In this document: positions 50,096 to 62,688 of the stretch, piece by piece
How the letters are laid out: every line of letters starts with the position of its first letter
Position numbering within the stretch: position 1 is the first letter of the stretch
NCBI RefSeq assembly: GCF_009914755.1
Contig: NC_060926.1
Length of the DNA stretch: 64,000 bases
Reading direction: 5' to 3' (one strand)
DNA from: the human T2T-CHM13v2.0 reference genome, Homo sapiens
Made by a program: the position numbers and the translations under genes
The notes under the pieces: model-generated
Seen by the model: only the letters and a program-made list of their open reading frames with translations
Told to the model about the DNA's origin: nothing
The model's database searches: none

Positions 50096-51589
50096 ATACA
50101 CCTTCTACCTATTTACAGATACAAGATGTTATTCTCCAAGTTATAAGATCATGAGCAGATATGTGAAAAGCCAAGTTTAATAAGAAGATTGTTTTGTAGA
50201 AGAAATATTTTTGTAAAAAAAACTTTTCAGTATGAGAATGAATAACTTTTGGCTCAATAATTATTTGCTTAATTGTTCAGTAGCCTACAACCCAATATTT
50301 CAGCTTATTAAACTATTATTTAGTTTCATGTAATTTTTTTTTGGTTGTCTTAAAGTCTCCCCAAGCCTGTCTCACATCTGAGTTTATCCAACAGATATAC
50401 ATTGTGTCCTCTATGCAGGTGCAAATCAAAATCTAGCAAACTAGCAATTAAGTATAAATCCTAGTTTTAGTGCAATTTGGATGAGCAACTCTTTAGGCTG
50501 GGTTAGAACAGGTTGTAAGATTTGTAGCAATAATTGGTAGAATCTTGACTTTAATAAGGTGGAACTATAACATATATGTTGCACTAAAGAAAAAGATAAA
50601 CCAACAGATCAAAATCTCATTCCTTCATTTGATGACAGTAATAAATCTACATGATGTGCTTGCAGATGAAAGGAAGTCATTGTGATTTTTTATCTTGGAA
50701 AAATACATCCTTGTTAGGAATCAAAGATAACCTCTTGAGTAAAGTCTTGTTCCGAAACATTTTGCCATGTTGAAAGGTATGTTCAACTTTCTTGGTGTTT
50801 ACCCAGGCAGTTCAAGCAGCTTTACAGGTCACAGAAAGTGACCTGAGCTCTTTACCATTGGCATCCAAAGGTTTCCATCAAGTCCTCAGGAGAATGCCAT
50901 TTCATTGCTTTTTCAGCCCAACAGACCTACAGCAGTTTGTTTGTAAGATCACCTCCTGAACAGTAGAAAGAATCATGACAAAGGTAGAGATTTGCAGTCA
51001 TAGTTACCACTGAGGCTGAATTTTAGTGGATTAACTTGCTTCATTGAAAAACATCTTTTACAGAGATATGAAGACTTTTTGTAAGCAAAACTGAAAAGGT
51101 CTTATAGGATGTTCAGCCTGATGTTTTGTTTTTCCCTACTGGGGCTTTCCCTTAGGTTGTAAATTCCAGCTTTCTAATGTCAGATTCCTCCTTTGTTGAG
51201 CTCTAAGGCATTTCTGGAATTACTCAGTAAAGGGACTTTGACAATCCCCTGCCCTGTTCTTAGGTCATAGAGCTGATTTATGGCTGGAGGAGGTTCTCTA
51301 AACAGTAGGTGAAATTGGTGAAATGTTATTCATTTATTAAAGTGGGCTTAGGAGTTCCTCCTGCTGATCAGTGGGGGTTGTCCTAAATCTAATCAGCCCT
51401 GGGTGCATCAACTTATTACTATTTTGTAAGTTTTCCTGCAGGAAAATGAACTTCACCATTACAGAATTTTAAGGGTAAAATCTGAAGAGTACATTGATGG
51501 TGTTATGGCAATTCTAAATCTGCAGTTTCAGGTTGATAGTATAGAAGCAGCTTCAGAAATGAATACTCCTATTAAGGTAAACTCATGAA

Positions 51590-52655
51590 TTCAATATTCT
51601 TTCAACAGACATTTATTGACACGTGTCCATTCTGTTCATGTACTGCACTAGGTACCATGGATACAACAGAGAATGAGGCAGACAAACTCTCTGTCTTTTG
51701 TAACTTACTGGGGACAGACATTAATATTAAATAATAGCAAATATATGGTAAAATGGCAAGTAGTGTTCAGAGTTATGAAGAAAAATAAAGCACAGGCAGG
51801 GTACAGAGAATTGGGGTTGTCATTTTGGGTATGTACTACTTTTCTATTGCTGCTTTAGCAAATTACCACAAATTTAGTGATTTAAAATAACTTGAACTGT
51901 TGTCTTACTGGTCTGCAGGTTAGAAGTTTTACCCTGGTCTCAATGGACCAGCATCAAGGCATCAGCAGGCTCTAGGGGAGAATCCCTTTCCTTGCTTTTC
52001 CAGATTCTAGAAGCTTCTCACATTCCTTGGCTTGCTATCCCCTTCTTCTACTGATGTGAAGCAGCATCATCACATTTTTCTGACCCTTCATTCACTGTCA
52101 CCTCTTCTTCTGACCACAGCCAGGAAAGGCTTTCCTATTTTAAAAGCTATGTGATTATATTGGGTCCTCCCAGATAATCCAAGACAATCTGTTTATTTTA
52201 AGGTCAGTTAATTAGCAACTTAAATTTCATCTACAACCTTAATTCCTTTTTGCCACATAAAATAACTTATTCACAGTTTCCATGGGATTAGGGTGTGAAC
52301 ATCTTTAGGAGTCCATTATTCTGTCTTCCAACAGGTACTTTAAATAAGTCTCATTCAAGTGGTAATTTCTTAATTAAGATTTGAATGGATGAGGACTCAA
52401 CCCAAGTGAATATCTGGAGGAATAGTATTGCAGGCAAAGGCAAGGTATTGTAAGTTCCCTCTTTGAAAGGGAAAGGATGCAGGCGGCTGGCCCAGAGTAA
52501 GGAAGACAAAAGGTGATTGACAAGGTCAGAGAAATAGGAAGGGATCAAATCAAGTAAGACACCAGAGGCCTCAATGAGAAGCTGGGTTTTATTCTCTATA
52601 TGACAGGAAACCATCAGAGTATTTAGAACAGAAGAGTGACATGATCTAATATATA
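51590..52655 (-). mobile_element. L2, interrupted by MLT1D
   Basis: ttcaacagacatttattga...ggatacaacagagaatgagg; resumes at 52335 with gagtatttagaacagaagagtgacatgatcta. Confidence 0.75.
51832..52333 (-). mobile_element. MLT1D-type MaLR solo LTR
   Basis: tgta...ctattgctgctttagcaaattaccacaaatttagtg; ggctctaggggagaatcc; ends attattctgtcttccaaca. Confidence 0.88.
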
Positions 52656-52659
52656 ATTT

Positions 52660-53035
52660 TAAAATGTCATTCTGGACAATGCCTTTGGAAAACAGTTTGA
52701 CATTATCTTGTAAATTTGAAGATGCACATATTCCATTACCTAGGAATTCTATTCGTGTATTTGTGCCACAGAGAAAAGCTTATATATGTATACTGGGAAT
52801 ATATCCAATTATACCTGTATCTACAGTTAGTAATAATCTAAGCAAACAAAGAAAAAACTTGCATAAAACCCAATATCCATCAAAATTGTTAGTAAACTGT
52901 GGGAAATGCATACGATAGACTACTGTATAATAGTGAGAAATGAATAAATTCTAACTATATATCACGACATGATAAATCCCAGGTACCACCTAATGTTTAG
53001 CAAAAAAAAAGCAAGACTGTGAGAAGCACACAGTC
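52660..53035 (+). mobile_element. L1ME-type 3' fragment
   Basis: ctttggaaaacagtttgacattatcttgtaaatttgaagatgcacat...taaactgtgg. Confidence 0.65.
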
Positions 53036-53794
53036 ATTAATTTATTCTAGAAATATTTCTTAATTTTAAGAAATATTTAAGCATTTACTTTGTACAAACA
53101 TTGTATTGGGATATATTTGTAGACAAAATTGACAGAGATCTCTCTGCTCATGGAACTTACCTTCTAATAGTTGGACATAGAAAATCTATAGTAGACAGAA
53201 TAAATAGGCAAATCATATGGTACGATAGAAGGTTAAAAAAATGATGAAAATAGAAAATAGAGCAAAGTAATGGAGATGGAACTGCTGTCATTTAAAATAG
53301 GATGATAGAGTAAGCACCACTGAGAAATATTTAAGACTGAAGGAAACCTTTTGGTTATCTTGATGAAGAACTTTGATCAGCTTGATGAAGACACTTGAAA
53401 CTGCCAGTGCAAAGGCCTTAAAGATTAGAGGAAGAAGGCCAGTATGACTGGAGAGGAGAGAGTGAGATGAGATGGAAGACAGAAGAGATCAGCAGATGGA
53501 AAGTCATGTTTGGGGTCGGGGAGTCTTTTGAGCGTTGGTAGGGGCTCTGTGCTTTGGGAGTGACGAGAAGCAACTAAAGAGCACAGAGTAGAGGGTCTTC
53601 GTGGTCTGATATATATTCTAAAAGAACCACCCTGGCCAATGTGTTCAAAACAGACTGCAAGAGACAAGGGCAGAAACAGTGAGACCAGTGAGGAGGTTAC
53701 TTTGGTGAGTAGGGTGAAAGATGATGGTGGCTGCGATGAGAGTGGCAGCAGCAAGGATTTTGAGAAGAAAGAATCTGGATTTATACATTTTTTC

Positions 53795-53938
53795 TAAAAA
53801 AATTAAATTGTTTTTATTTTGACATAATTTTAAGGTCATAGAAAACTTTCAAGAATAATACAAGTTCCCAGGTACATTTGCGTACTCTCTCTCGCTCGCT
53901 CCACACGCGCGCACGCGCAGACCCACACATGAGCGCAT

Positions 53939-53973
<35 letters not shown>

Positions 53974-54965
53974 CTCTCATATAACCCCGGAACAATTATC
54001 CAAATCAGGAGATCACCATTGATACAATAATGTTATTTAACCTACAGAACTTATTCAGATCTCACTATGTGTCCGAATTATATCCATTAAAGCAAAGGAA
54101 AATTTTGGATCATATTTGTGTTGCTATTTCTCTTTAGTTTCCTTTAATCTGGAATAGTTCCAGTCTTTTTGTCCCTAGTAACATTGACATTTTTTAAGTA
54201 TGCTGGCCAGTTTTCTGTTTGTTTGTCTTTAGAATGTCCCTGAATTTGAGTTTGTCTGGTGTTTTCTCATGATTAGGTGTAGGTTCTGCATTTTTGGCAG
54301 GAATACATTCTTGGCACAGAGGTGATGCTATGTCTTTCACAGTGCATCATACAACGGGAGGCACAGACATGTGCCATTGATTTATCCCACTTCTATTAAG
54401 GTTACTTAGTTAAGGTGGTGTCTGTCAGGTTTATCCAATGTAAAGTCACTAATTTTTCTTTTTAATTACAAAATAACTTGTGGGGAGATACTTTGAAACT
54501 ATGCAGTAAATATCCCGCCACTTATCAAACTTTCACCACTGGTTTTGGCATGCATTGATGATTCTTCCATGAACTGATAATTATCACAATGCTGAATGAT
54601 GACTTTTCTAATTCTGTCATTTCTTCTAAATTTACTATTGGCTTTCTACTGAAACAGAACATTTTCCCTTCTCCCTCTATTAATTAACAACATGTATTCT
54701 TCGTTCAATGAATCTTAACCTATTAATATCATTATTTGTTTAAGTACTCAAATATCTCAGATTTGGTCAATGGGAGCCCTTTAAAATGGTTCCTGTGTCC
54801 TTTTGACATGTCCCTGTCCTAATTTGAGTACTTTCTCATTTGTAGCACACTAAGATGGTCCAGGTTTATTTTGTACTTTTCCAGCCCTGGCCCAAGAATC
54901 AACCATGTCTCCAAGAATTACTGGTTCCTTTCAATTAAATATTGGTAGGTAGTTGCCAGGTATGT
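53795..54965 (-). mobile_element. L1MC4/5-type 3'UTR
   Basis: ttttgacataattttaaggtcatagaaaactttcaag...cagatttggtcaatgggagccct...ccagccctggcccaagaatcaaccat. Confidence 0.85.
53902..53972. repeat. Compound (CG/CA)n purine-pyrimidine repeat
   Basis: cacacgcgcgcacgcgca, then gcgcatgc(ac)15gt. Confidence 0.95.
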
Positions 54966-55834
54966 TCATTGTTTTTGATATCTGTGTATGTTTTGAAGGT
55001 GGGAGTAAAAAGAAAAGGAGTCAAGGATGATTCCAAGATTTCTAACCTGAGCAAATGGGGGGATGGGGGTATCACAAAATGAGATGGAGAAGGCCAAGGT
55101 AGAGTACATTTGGAGAGAGGACCTGGAGTTCAGTCTGGCCACGTTGAGATGTTTATTAGACATTCCAGTAGAAATGGCAATTAGGCATTTGGATATCTGG
55201 GTCTGTAGTTCTACAGAGAATCCTTCTCTGGGGATAAAATTTGGAAATCATCAGTGTGTAGGTGGTATTTAAATCCATGAGAAGGAATGAGATCATCAAG
55301 GGGATGAGCATAGATAGCAAAGAGAAGATAACCAAAGTCTGAGACCTGGGGCATGGCAACATAAGAGGTCAGGGATAAGAAGGAAAAACAACAAAGAAGA
55401 CTGAGGAAGAAGGAAAGAAGAAAGAACTTGATGTTCCAGCTGTCAGGGGAAAAAAGGGCACCAAGGAGGAGACAGTGATCAACCATGTCAAATGCTGCTG
55501 CTAAGTCAGGTCAGATGAAGTCTGAGAATTGAGTAACACGAGGATTGAGAATTGACCATTAAAAGGGGGCAGTTAGCCTAATTGGAGTGGGCTTAAGTGA
55601 GTCTAGGAAATATGGAATTAAACAGAACAAGTATAGAATAATACTTTTAAAGGGCTTGTTGTACAGAGGAGCAAAAGAATGGAGTAGTAACTATAGGGAG
55701 TTGGAGGTCACAAGAAGGTTTTTGAGTTCATTTTTTATAAGATGGAAGAACTAACAGCAAGGTTATGTGTTACTGATGGAAGTGATGGAGAAGCTAGTGA
55801 AAAAAGTGATGAATGGAAGAAGCTTGAATAGGTG

Positions 55835-56215
55835 GAGTCTGTTTTCTTGCTATTTCCAGTTTCCCTTTCTAGAGGCTACCCATGTTTCTTGCCCCCTGAC
55901 TCCCTTCTTCCGTTATCAAAACTAGCAATAGCAGGGGGTGTCTCTTTCCATCTCTCTGACACCTCCTTTCATCCTCCTCCTTTCTCTCATTGCACCCAAG
56001 AAATGTTCTACAATTTTAAGGACTCATGTGTTTTGATTGAGCCTACCCAGATAATCTAGGGTAAACTATCAAAGTCCTCAACCTTGATCACATCTGAAAA
56101 ATCTTTCTTTTTTTTTTTTTTTTTTTTTTGCCATGTAAAGTAACATGCACAGATTGTGAGGATTAGGACTTGTATATGTAAATTTGGGAGGGTCAGTCTG
56201 CCAACCACATCATTA
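55835..56215 (-). mobile_element. MLT1-type LTR fragment
   Basis: ttctagaggctaccc...ttttaaggactcatgtg...cccagataatc...tttgccatgtaaagtaaca...ctgccaaccaca. Confidence 0.75.
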
Positions 56216-56489
56216 TTCTGCCAACCACAGCATCCCAGAGATACCAGAATCCTTGAAATAGTTGGCTTCTTAGGTGGTTTTGTTTATTACTTTAACTTGC
56301 CTAGCTTACTCTTTAGTTATTTAGACTACAGTAAACTTCTTGTGAGTGGTCATGAATTCTAGATGACTGGAGCATATTCTATGTGCACTGTATATGGATT
56401 TGTCATTTAAGTGTTGCTGATTAAATGCTCTGTATTCACTCAACTATCACTGCAAAAGAAGATGGATACAACTTCCAGACTCATCTCTC

Positions 56490-56918
56490 ATCCTTCTTCA
56501 AATAAGATTTTCCAGATTTTTTTGCACCTGGTTTCTAGCTAAATTCCATCCGTGGGGGCCTACTGAGAGATTAGACTGCAGGAAGAAGGAAGCAGCCAAG
56601 GTATTTCTGCCTTTCTAGTTTGGCTTCATGGGGTAGTTTCCTGCAGTGATTGCATTTCTTTTTGGTTCCACCTCCCCTGAGAAGCCACCTCCATGATTCT
56701 AGCTTGAGCTGGAAGGACTGGCTTCTTGGTTCTAGGACTAATGAGTCCTCCCTGTGGGTACTTGTGGCTTCCTGCTGTTGCTAATCTCTGGGTTGCCTCC
56801 ATTTCCTAATTGGTTTCTTAGCTCTTCCATCATGGTGCAACCAATTCACTATATTACATTTTCACTGTTTGAAATAGCTAGAGTAGTTTCTGTTTTCCTG
56901 ACTTAACTTTCACTGATA
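56490..56918 (+). mobile_element. LTR33/LTR16-type ERVL LTR
   Basis: gaagcagccaaggtatttct; gcttcctgctgttgctaatctctgggttgcctc; ctgtttgaaatagctagagtagtttctgttttcctgac. Confidence 0.7.
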
Positions 56919-58572
56919 GCATGGAGAATAAAGCTGTGCTAACTTCATTCTTGCATTCACAAAAATTTTTTTCCTCGTCAATCTGAAAGGGCTCTTGTAC
57001 TCTTAAAAAAATGCACAAAGTTTGACAGAAAACCCATTCAGTTTGTTCAGAAGTATATAAAAAATTAGCACCCTTGTGGCATTTCTGACATGAGATATGT
57101 GGCTCATTGTTTGCTTACGGAGACTGATGTCATAGGGTAAGCTCTATGGGTACATAAGAAAAGAATTTCAGGAAGCCACTCTGTGAACTGCTTGGGATTA
57201 GATTTCTGAATGATGAGCCCAGTGGTGTTGGTGGAGCAGAGGACAGCACCATATCCCACTGCCAGTGTCAATCAAGAATACTCAATCATGGCTTTGGGGC
57301 ACAAAGGGCAGGATAAAGAGAATTCCACATGTCTAAGAAGTAGTTTTCTCTGCCTCAAGGAGGGAAAAAACTAGGACAAGGATGCAATCTGGGGTGGTGG
57401 GTGGCTGGCTGTCACTCATTTCTTCTCACACACACACAGTGGAAAAGGGATGAAGGGAAGCCTGTTTTCCTCTGAATAGTAACGCTATTAGCCAGAAGGA
57501 AAAGATTTTAAAATAATTTGCATACATGATTATTAGAACGGAAAAGGATGACTCTAACACTGCAGTTCTTGACACAACTTTGTGGCTTTCTGTGGTTGAG
57601 ATAATGTACATAAAGCAGAGACCCTGCCATCTGACTAATTAACTCGGCAGCAGGGAGGGAATGGATGAAAGGATAATTAATAGGTCAAAGACCCAATGCT
57701 GTGTTATGATTATTTGAATAATATTATGATAATTTGAATAAAGTACAAGAGTTTGTGAAAATTGGTTGCTGGCTAGAACTCCAGCTGACAAAACATTTGA
57801 ATCACGCTCATTTTCTACCTCCTGGGTAGCTTTCCTTCCTTCCTGAAAGTACTGAGCATATGTTTGAATATCGGGGGGCTGAGGGAAGATGGGTAGAAAA
57901 CGACTGTGAAAAAAATACTGTTTTAAATGCCCATGGCAGAATTATACTTTCTTAAATGTCCATAGCAGAATTCCTCCCCTTTCTGTTCACATTGAAGTGA
58001 CCTTAACCGGCAAACACAGTTGCAGGCTGAGACAATAGATCCTGCGGCATTTGAGTTTTCAGGGACTGTCCAGTGAAATGAGAAACCCAGTGCCTATCTC
58101 CTGGTATTTTGTTTTTAGTGAATTACTTAATTATATCACGTCTATGGTTGATGGATTTCCATCTTTAATTGTAAGAATCATTCTTATTTTGAAAACTTTG
58201 GGGTTTTAAACCAAGACTATATTTAGAATTTTTAAAACATATTGAATGGGTCCTACACAAAAATTAGTTTGGAAACTATTATGTAGATTATTAACTAATG
58301 GACCAGAGCTCATAGTATTCCCATACTTGACAATTATGGGGCACCATATCATATAACATTTCAGCGGCTTTATTTAAAAAAAAAACACTGGAAAAATAGA
58401 CTTCACTGTCAACATTCAAATAATGATCTAGAATGTGGCTTGAGGATGTTTAGGGCAACTAATAAAAAAGCCAACCTGTTTTCGACTGCATGAGTTTATT
58501 TCCAGCAGGAATTCTGTGTAAGTTTTATTACTTTTGTGAACAAAGTAGCTCCCTTCCACCTTACAGTTAATC

Positions 58573-58779
58573 CAGTGACTCTCAACTAAGGGTATTTTAC
58601 TCCCCAGAAGACACTTTGCAATACCTGGAGACATTTTTGATTGTCACAACTTGGAAAAGCTACTGGAATCAAGGCAGAGGCCAGGGATGCTGCTAAGCAT
58701 CCTACAATGCACAGAACAATTCCCACAGCAAAGAATTATCTGGCCCAAAATGCCAATAGTATTGAAGTTGAGAATCCCG
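58573..58779 (+). mobile_element. MER20 (hAT-Charlie), full length
   Basis: Termini cagtgactctcaac...gttgagaatcccg; internal gaggccagggatgctgctaagcatcctacaatgcacag; 8-bp TSD agttaatc / aattaatc. Confidence 0.93.
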
Positions 58780-59468
58780 AATTAATCCAAGTGTGGCCTT
58801 CAGTGAATTCAAGAATGGAAATAAGGTTGCCTTGTCTAAGATCCTCTTTAAATTTACTGTACTCCTTTGTTCTCCACTTATCAGTTTTAGCTTCTAAAAA
58901 TAGAGGAAATAGGGCACCTCCCTGCATATGACTAAATGTCTAACTTCCTTTGGTAGCATCTTAGGTACATCTGCTATATGGTTACAATTTGGTTGTTAAT
59001 GATTAACATTAATTAATGCATAAGGAAAAGTAATTCTTAGTCTTAAGAAGGTAGAAGATGAACCTAGGAGGTAGAAAGATAATATTTTTTTCTAAAGGAC
59101 AGTTCAGATCAGCAGTGGTCCTCCAGGAGCTATCAGGCTCCTGACAGACTTCTGCAGTTGAGTATAGTAGAGCTGTGAGCACTAAGCTAGCTGAGTATGG
59201 CTTCAGAACAAAGCTGGGCTCTGTATCTTCTAAAGAGGCAATCTGGATGCCCACCTGTATGGGGCTTGCAATTCCATATATTCTCACCAGCTAATTTAAA
59301 GGATTTTCATTTAGCTTGAAGATTAAACCAAGAGTGTGCCACGTATTATTTATTATGACTGGTAGATAAATTAAAGGCATAGCTTTATTTCTGAAGCAGG
59401 ACCACAAACAGGTACTGTAAGGTCTAGGGGACAGCATTGATAGTAAAGAATATACTATTTGATATTTA

Positions 59469-59843
<375 letters not shown>

Positions 59844-60340
59844 CTAGATCAGAATTTCAGTTTTCCAGCTTAAGCATTCTCTCCTTTATTTCACTCCCTA
59901 AACATTATTAATATTTAGGTTGCCAAGCAGCCCACAGGAAGCAACTGTATCCACTACTCAGTTTCTGTAAATAACAGTAAATATAGAAAATAGAATATAT
60001 ATCATTCTTATACAGTCAAATTGCTTGATGTAGAACAAGAGATTATATACATGTTAATAACTTGAATGTAACTCTTGAACTACAGATATGTGTAGTTATG
60101 TATCACTATGTCATATTCAAACTACAAACATTTATACAGTAGTCATATTGTTATCACTTTGAGAAATAACAGGAGTCACTTAGATGCAGAAATTTTCTTC
60201 AGCTATTTATAGTGAGAATGGGGAATAATGGTTTCTCCTATTTTCTTTAGCTTATTAAGCTTTGTATTGTAAATGTGTGTTTGTTACTTTCATGGCCTTA
60301 ACAGAAATGAAAATTTAATAAAGCCTTCCTGTGATAAACA

Positions 60341-60341
<1 letters not shown>

Positions 60342-60383
<42 letters not shown>
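60342..60383. repeat. (CA)21 microsatellite
   Basis: Read directly. Confidence 0.98.
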
Positions 60384-60386
<3 letters not shown>

Positions 60387-61689
60387 GTATATAAATAGTT
60401 TTGCTGTTGAGGAAAGGGCTTTGAAATAGGTGATAAATGTAAATCCATTGACATCTATCAATGCAGTTGGAGCCTGCATTTCACCAAAGTATGTGGTATT
60501 ATACTTTACATTTTCATTAAATAAACTATTTACATAATAAGCATACACACATACACATAATGTGGTGTTAAAATATGAAGAAATGATTTGATGCTTAGTT
60601 TGTGAATTTTGGACAGATATATCTGGTAGCATTTTCGTAAATTAAAAACACAGTATTTCAAAAACAATTATGTTGGGATTTATATATGAAATCCCAATTT
60701 ATAAATAGTACATTGAAGAACATGACACCTTCGTAACTTGGGGACTGTCATTATACACTAGTAGAATATTAAAAGCTATTGTCTTGAATTAATGGCTTAA
60801 AACTGAAAATGGTAAGAAAACAAAGAATAATAAATAGACACTAAAATAGAGAGACATACAGTTCTATAAGGCTCTTTCCTCAAAGCAGAGATCAACTCCA
60901 CAAACACAGAAGCAACCAAGAGCAAGCTGTGGAATCTTTTCTTAATTCAGAAAGGGTTTGGGAGACACAGAAGAAGTGGTTAAGTGAGGGGCTCCCTCTG
61001 TGATGTTCCTCAATGAGAGGTACCTTCTCCCTGGGTCTGAGTCCCAACACAGGAGAGTGATCAAGCAGAGTTAAGGCCAGGAGGATGAGCCTTAACTGGG
61101 AAGCTGGTGCTCCTAAAGCCATCTTGTTCTTGATAGCTCTGAGAAGGGCAACTCTACTGAGTTGTTAACATCAACTAATGTCTGTTGACTGTACAGCAAT
61201 GGTGAGCCGAGCACTTAGTGACTTAATGACACACTATTATAAAAGCATATGAGCCAAAACCGTGGAATTTATCTGCCAAATAAACTTGTGCTCTAATCCT
61301 TGTTTCAGGATCTACATCAAGTGGAACACAACTTAAGAGAATAACTTCAAAGTCCATACAGACAGCTCCTCTTTGCCTTACAGTCCAGTTACTTTTGTCT
61401 TCAAGGACATATACTAGCTTTTGTTCCTTGGGACTGTTCCACATGTGAAATCTTAAACTTTAGAATTCCATCCTTCGAACAAACTACATAACCACTTTTT
61501 CCCCACTTGACTATCCCAAACCTACTCTTTGAACTTATTAAAACCTGCAGTTGTGAGTTTCTCATTTGATGTCACTTTTCCCCATATCTATACCCACTGT
61601 TGGTGTGTTTAGTTATGCTCACCTGCATCCTCACAGATTCTGTTCACCCCTTGATCACTTTCTGTTCTGACCCTGAAAATCCTCAAACA

Positions 61690-62128
61690 TAGGCTAACTA
61701 AACCATCTTATTAAAATTCAACTTCCCATCTCCAATCTTGCCCATGTGCTCATTACATTCCAGCAACATGAACTTTCTTGTTTTCACCAAAAAGTGCTGC
61801 ATTATTTCATGCCACTGAATTCATGTTTCTGGTATGTTCTGGTCTTTGGCACTCCTTCTCTTTCCCTGCTTAAAAGTCACCCTCTCAGTGGTGCCTTCCT
61901 TGACACTCTCAGGCAGAATTAACTGCTGTCTGCTGTAGTTTTCATACAATTTTATGTATAACTGTTAGAACAATCATCACACAAAATTGTAATTATTTGT
62001 ATGTCTGCCTTCTCAACCAGAGTATGAGCTTGAGGACAAGGATAGTCTTTAATCATCAATTTCCTGAGCTCCTGAGGCTAGAATGGCTGGGTGATAACAG
62101 GTAGTAATTTAATGTGTGATGAATGAAT
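61690..62128 (+). mobile_element. L2 3' region
   Basis: ttccagcaacatgaactt...gtcaccctctcagtggtgccttcc...tgagcttgaggacaaggatag...gatgaatgaat. Confidence 0.65.
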
Positions 62129-62528
62129 ATAAGCTACTCATTAAAGTCCCAGCCCCCTTTCCCCAATACTCCTGATTTTCACAGAAAACAAATTTGTTGC
62201 CTACTATTTCTGTGGGACCCAGTTGTTGCAGAGTCCTTCACAATAGCTTATCTTAATAGGTTGGAATGTGTTATTCTCAATTCTGACATGATCTGCCTGC
62301 TGGTTGCTTCTGCCCACACATCTTCCACTTCAGCTAGGTGTTTTCAATTACCATGCCAGCCCAGACTGACAGTAATCGGATTGGTTTCTGCCACCACAGA
62401 AACCATAAAACAGCTTTGAGTCTAATTTGATCTCCTGTCTTCCAGGCACAGTCTTAACTTCAGACTTCTGTTTATGTAAACAGTAGATGGCCTTATGTTT
62501 TAAGCCACTGTTAGTTTGGCATTTAATT

Positions 62529-62688
62529 TTTTTAAATGTCATTTTATTTTAGACTCGGGGTACCTGTGCATGTTTGTTACATGGGCATATTGCATACTGG
62601 TGGGATTCTAGTGTACCCATTCTAACGTACCCATTACCCAAATAGTGAACGTTGTACCTGAAGGATAATTTTTCAACCCTTGCCTCCC
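62529..62688 (-). mobile_element. Short L1PB/PA16 3' end inserted in an MLT1-like LTR
   Basis: ttagactcggggtacctgtgcatgtttgttacatggg; TSD tggcatttaatt 62517-62528 / tgacatttaatt 62689-62700; flanks ttttaagccactg and ctagctgataaaca are MLT1-like. Confidence 0.8.

Larger units (their letters stand above)
53060..55800 (-). mobile_element. Long L2, interrupted by L1MC
   Basis: cagtgcaaaggcc, gagaccagtgaggaggttac; after 54975 ggagtcaaggatgattccaagatttctaacctgagc and tgtcaaatgctgctg. Confidence 0.85.

Noticed and set aside
50666-50776. Plus-strand 111-nt exon candidate (tgcag|ATG...AAG|gtatgt)
   Set aside because: Stops in all frames, poor pyrimidine tract and no partner exons
60673-60697. 9-bp hairpin ttgggattt / aaatcccaa
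   Set aside because: Short stems of this size are expected by chance in 64 kb of AT-rich DNA
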